Source: an uncultured Roseovarius sp. (GTDB lineage Bacteria > Pseudomonadota > Alphaproteobacteria > Rhodobacterales > Rhodobacteraceae). From it: a stretch of DNA of 64,000 nucleotides. The position numbers and the translations under genes are program-made. Of the stretch, positions 62,674 to 64,000 are shown one piece after another. Below the pieces are notes generated by a model. The model worked only from the letters and a program-made list of their open reading frames with translations. It ran no database searches and was not told where the DNA came from. The stretch is taken from NCBI GenBank assembly GCA_947496175.1, contig CANMBU010000003.1, positions 462,334 to 526,333 of the forward strand, in the 5' to 3' direction. Position 1 is the first letter of the stretch; every line of letters begins with the position of its first letter.

Positions 62674-62772
62674 AACCTGCATCACAGCTTTGGGTCGAAT
62701 GCAGCGCAAGATTTGAGTTTTGCGTGCGACCTGCCTTTTTCTGATGCCTCAGGTGAAAGGCCGGGCGTTTCA
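62657..62772 (+). repeat. 116-bp MITE-like repeat, copy 3 (diverged)
   Basis: TAAAGCGT start; CTGATGCCTCAGGTGAAAGG..GGCGTTTCA end matching copy 1 reverse complement; provides the last codons of the RsmB-like gene. Confidence 0.65.
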
Positions 62773-62821
62773 AAAAAAAACGATCACGATATACAACCTT
62801 GACGTGTATTGATAGCCAAGA

Positions 62822-62836
62822 TTAATCTGACCTTAA
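62822..62836. promoter_or_regulatory. CtrA-type box upstream of cckA
   Basis: TTAA-TCTGACC-TTAA, about 50 bp before the TTG start. Confidence 0.65.
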
Positions 62837-62885
62837 AACTTGCACCCCAAAGACGAGGGTGAATTTCAGTAACGGGGATGCAGTT

Positions 62886-64000
62886 TTGGCTGATACCACA
62901 GGGCAATTCTCTGCGGCACGCGGAACAAGAACACGTCTTCGACCGCGAACCCGCATGGTCTTCGTCATCGCAACGGCATGTTTTCTGACCTCATATGTTG
63001 TGCCTGACTTTCCATCTTTGGTGCTTTTGCTGATCTCGGTTTTGCTTTTGCTGACAACCGGGCTGATCCTCGCCCTGAACACACTCAGCCAAAGGTCTGA
63101 TTTGCACACGCTGAAAACGGCGGAACTCTTTTTCGATGACGACGCCAGCCCCAGTTTTATGACCAGTGCAAAGGGTGACATCCAATACGCCAATCGTGCC
63201 GCCATGCAGCTTTTTGAAGGGCAGGTGTTTCATACCCTGGCCGGTGTTTTGCAAAACAGCATCGCCAACCCCGGTCCGGTCTTGTTTCGCCTGGAATCCC
63301 GTGCGGTTGCACGCGGAGCAGCGCATGAGGATGTGGTCACGCGGGACGGACATTTCCGCCTCTCAGTGCATCGCACACGAGATGATCATTTTATCTGGCG
63401 AATTGAAAAATCAGCGGAGCGCCCCGCCAGTGAAGCTGATCCGATGCCCTTGCCGATGATGACCGTTGGGCGCAATGGAGCGGTTCTATACATGAACACG
63501 GCGGCGCGTGATCTGATAGGGGAACGTGCGCGCACTCTGGATCGCGTATTTCCCAAATTGCCGCTGCGGTCGGGTCAGATCAACAAGATCAACAGCAGCG
63601 AAGGCGCAGTGTCTTGTCTGGTGGTCGAGCTTGAAGGCGCGGCAGGGCGACGAGAGGTGTTCCTGCTCCCGGGCATCGCGCCGACGGAACGTCAACCAGA
63701 TGGATGGGCATTTTTTGATGAATTGCCTGTTCCGTTGCTCAAACTGGCGCGTAGGGGCGAAATACATCTGTCTAACCGTCCGGCGCGTGATCTGTTGGGT
63801 GTTGAGGGCTGCTCGGGCAAAATCGTGAGCGACCTTATGGAAGGCCTTGGGCGCTCAATCCCTGATTGGCTCGAAGATGCAGCGGCCGGGCGGGGCGGTG
63901 TGCATTCGGAATTCCTACGCGTCAAACGTGAGGACCGTGAGGTGTTTCTTCAGGTGACGCTGAACCGCGCCACCGAAGCGGGTGAAACCGTTTTGATCGC
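62886..64000 (+). CDS. cckA: 5' part of hybrid PAS histidine kinase CckA, truncated by the window end
   Basis: Open frame from TTG 62886 (ATG 62955); two TM segments then PAS-like repeats (YANRAA, YMNTAA, LSNRPA); follows guaB-rsmB as in roseobacters; kinase domain not in window. Confidence 0.7.
   Translation, partial: MADTTGQFSAARGTRTRLRPRTRMVFVIATACFLTSYVVPDFPSLVLLLISVLLLLTTGLILALNTLSQRSDLHTLKTAELFFDDDASPSFMTSAKGDIQYANRAAMQLFEGQVFHTLAGVLQNSIANPGPVLFRLESRAVARGAAHEDVVTRDGHFRLSVHRTRDDHFIWRIEKSAERPASEADPMPLPMMTVGRNGAVLYMNTAARDLIGERARTLDRVFPKLPLRSGQINKINSSEGAVSCLVVELEGAAGRREVFLLPGIAPTERQPDGWAFFDELPVPLLKLARRGEIHLSNRPARDLLGVEGCSGKIVSDLMEGLGRSIPDWLEDAAAGRGGVHSEFLRVKREDREVFLQVTLNRATEAGETVLI

Overview
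Roseobacter-group (Rhodobacteraceae) chromosomal window. Most of it is housekeeping DNA: trgB-cysK-mscS-alaX, split MetH/MTHFR genes, ppx-rlmE, rplU-rpmA-rtcB-obgE-proBA, chpT, olsBA, ctaA, rpmH-rnpA-yidD, guaB-rsmB-cckA, and tRNA-Ser(CGA) and tRNA-Arg(ACG). The main accessory feature is a visibly more AT-rich, ~18.2 kb integrative mobilizable element (12583-30828) in the 3' end of tRNA-Ser, bounded by a 14-bp direct repeat (TAAAATGGCGGAGA). It encodes MobC, a relaxase, a VirD4-type coupling protein (no mating-pore genes) and a frameshifted large serine recombinase. The att core lies inside the recombinase reading frame, so excision would give it a different C-terminus coupled to mobC. Cargo includes a Hin-type invertase beside two hix-like inverted sites enclosing ~120 bp (candidate phase-variation switch), three secreted proteins (one GH75-like), a cytoplasmic S8 protease with two small partners, a ParB-like/HEPN-like protein, a TIR + zinc-ribbon + unknown gene cluster (candidate defence system), a candidate MOBP-type oriT with a matching leading region, and an unannotated 44-aa gene with its own promoter and terminator. 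Outside the island are three 116-bp MITE-like repeats at gene 3' ends, two CtrA boxes, an orphan BchE-like radical SAM gene, a stand-alone RtcB, and a gene broken by an in-frame TAG. All family calls come from reading motifs; no searches were run.
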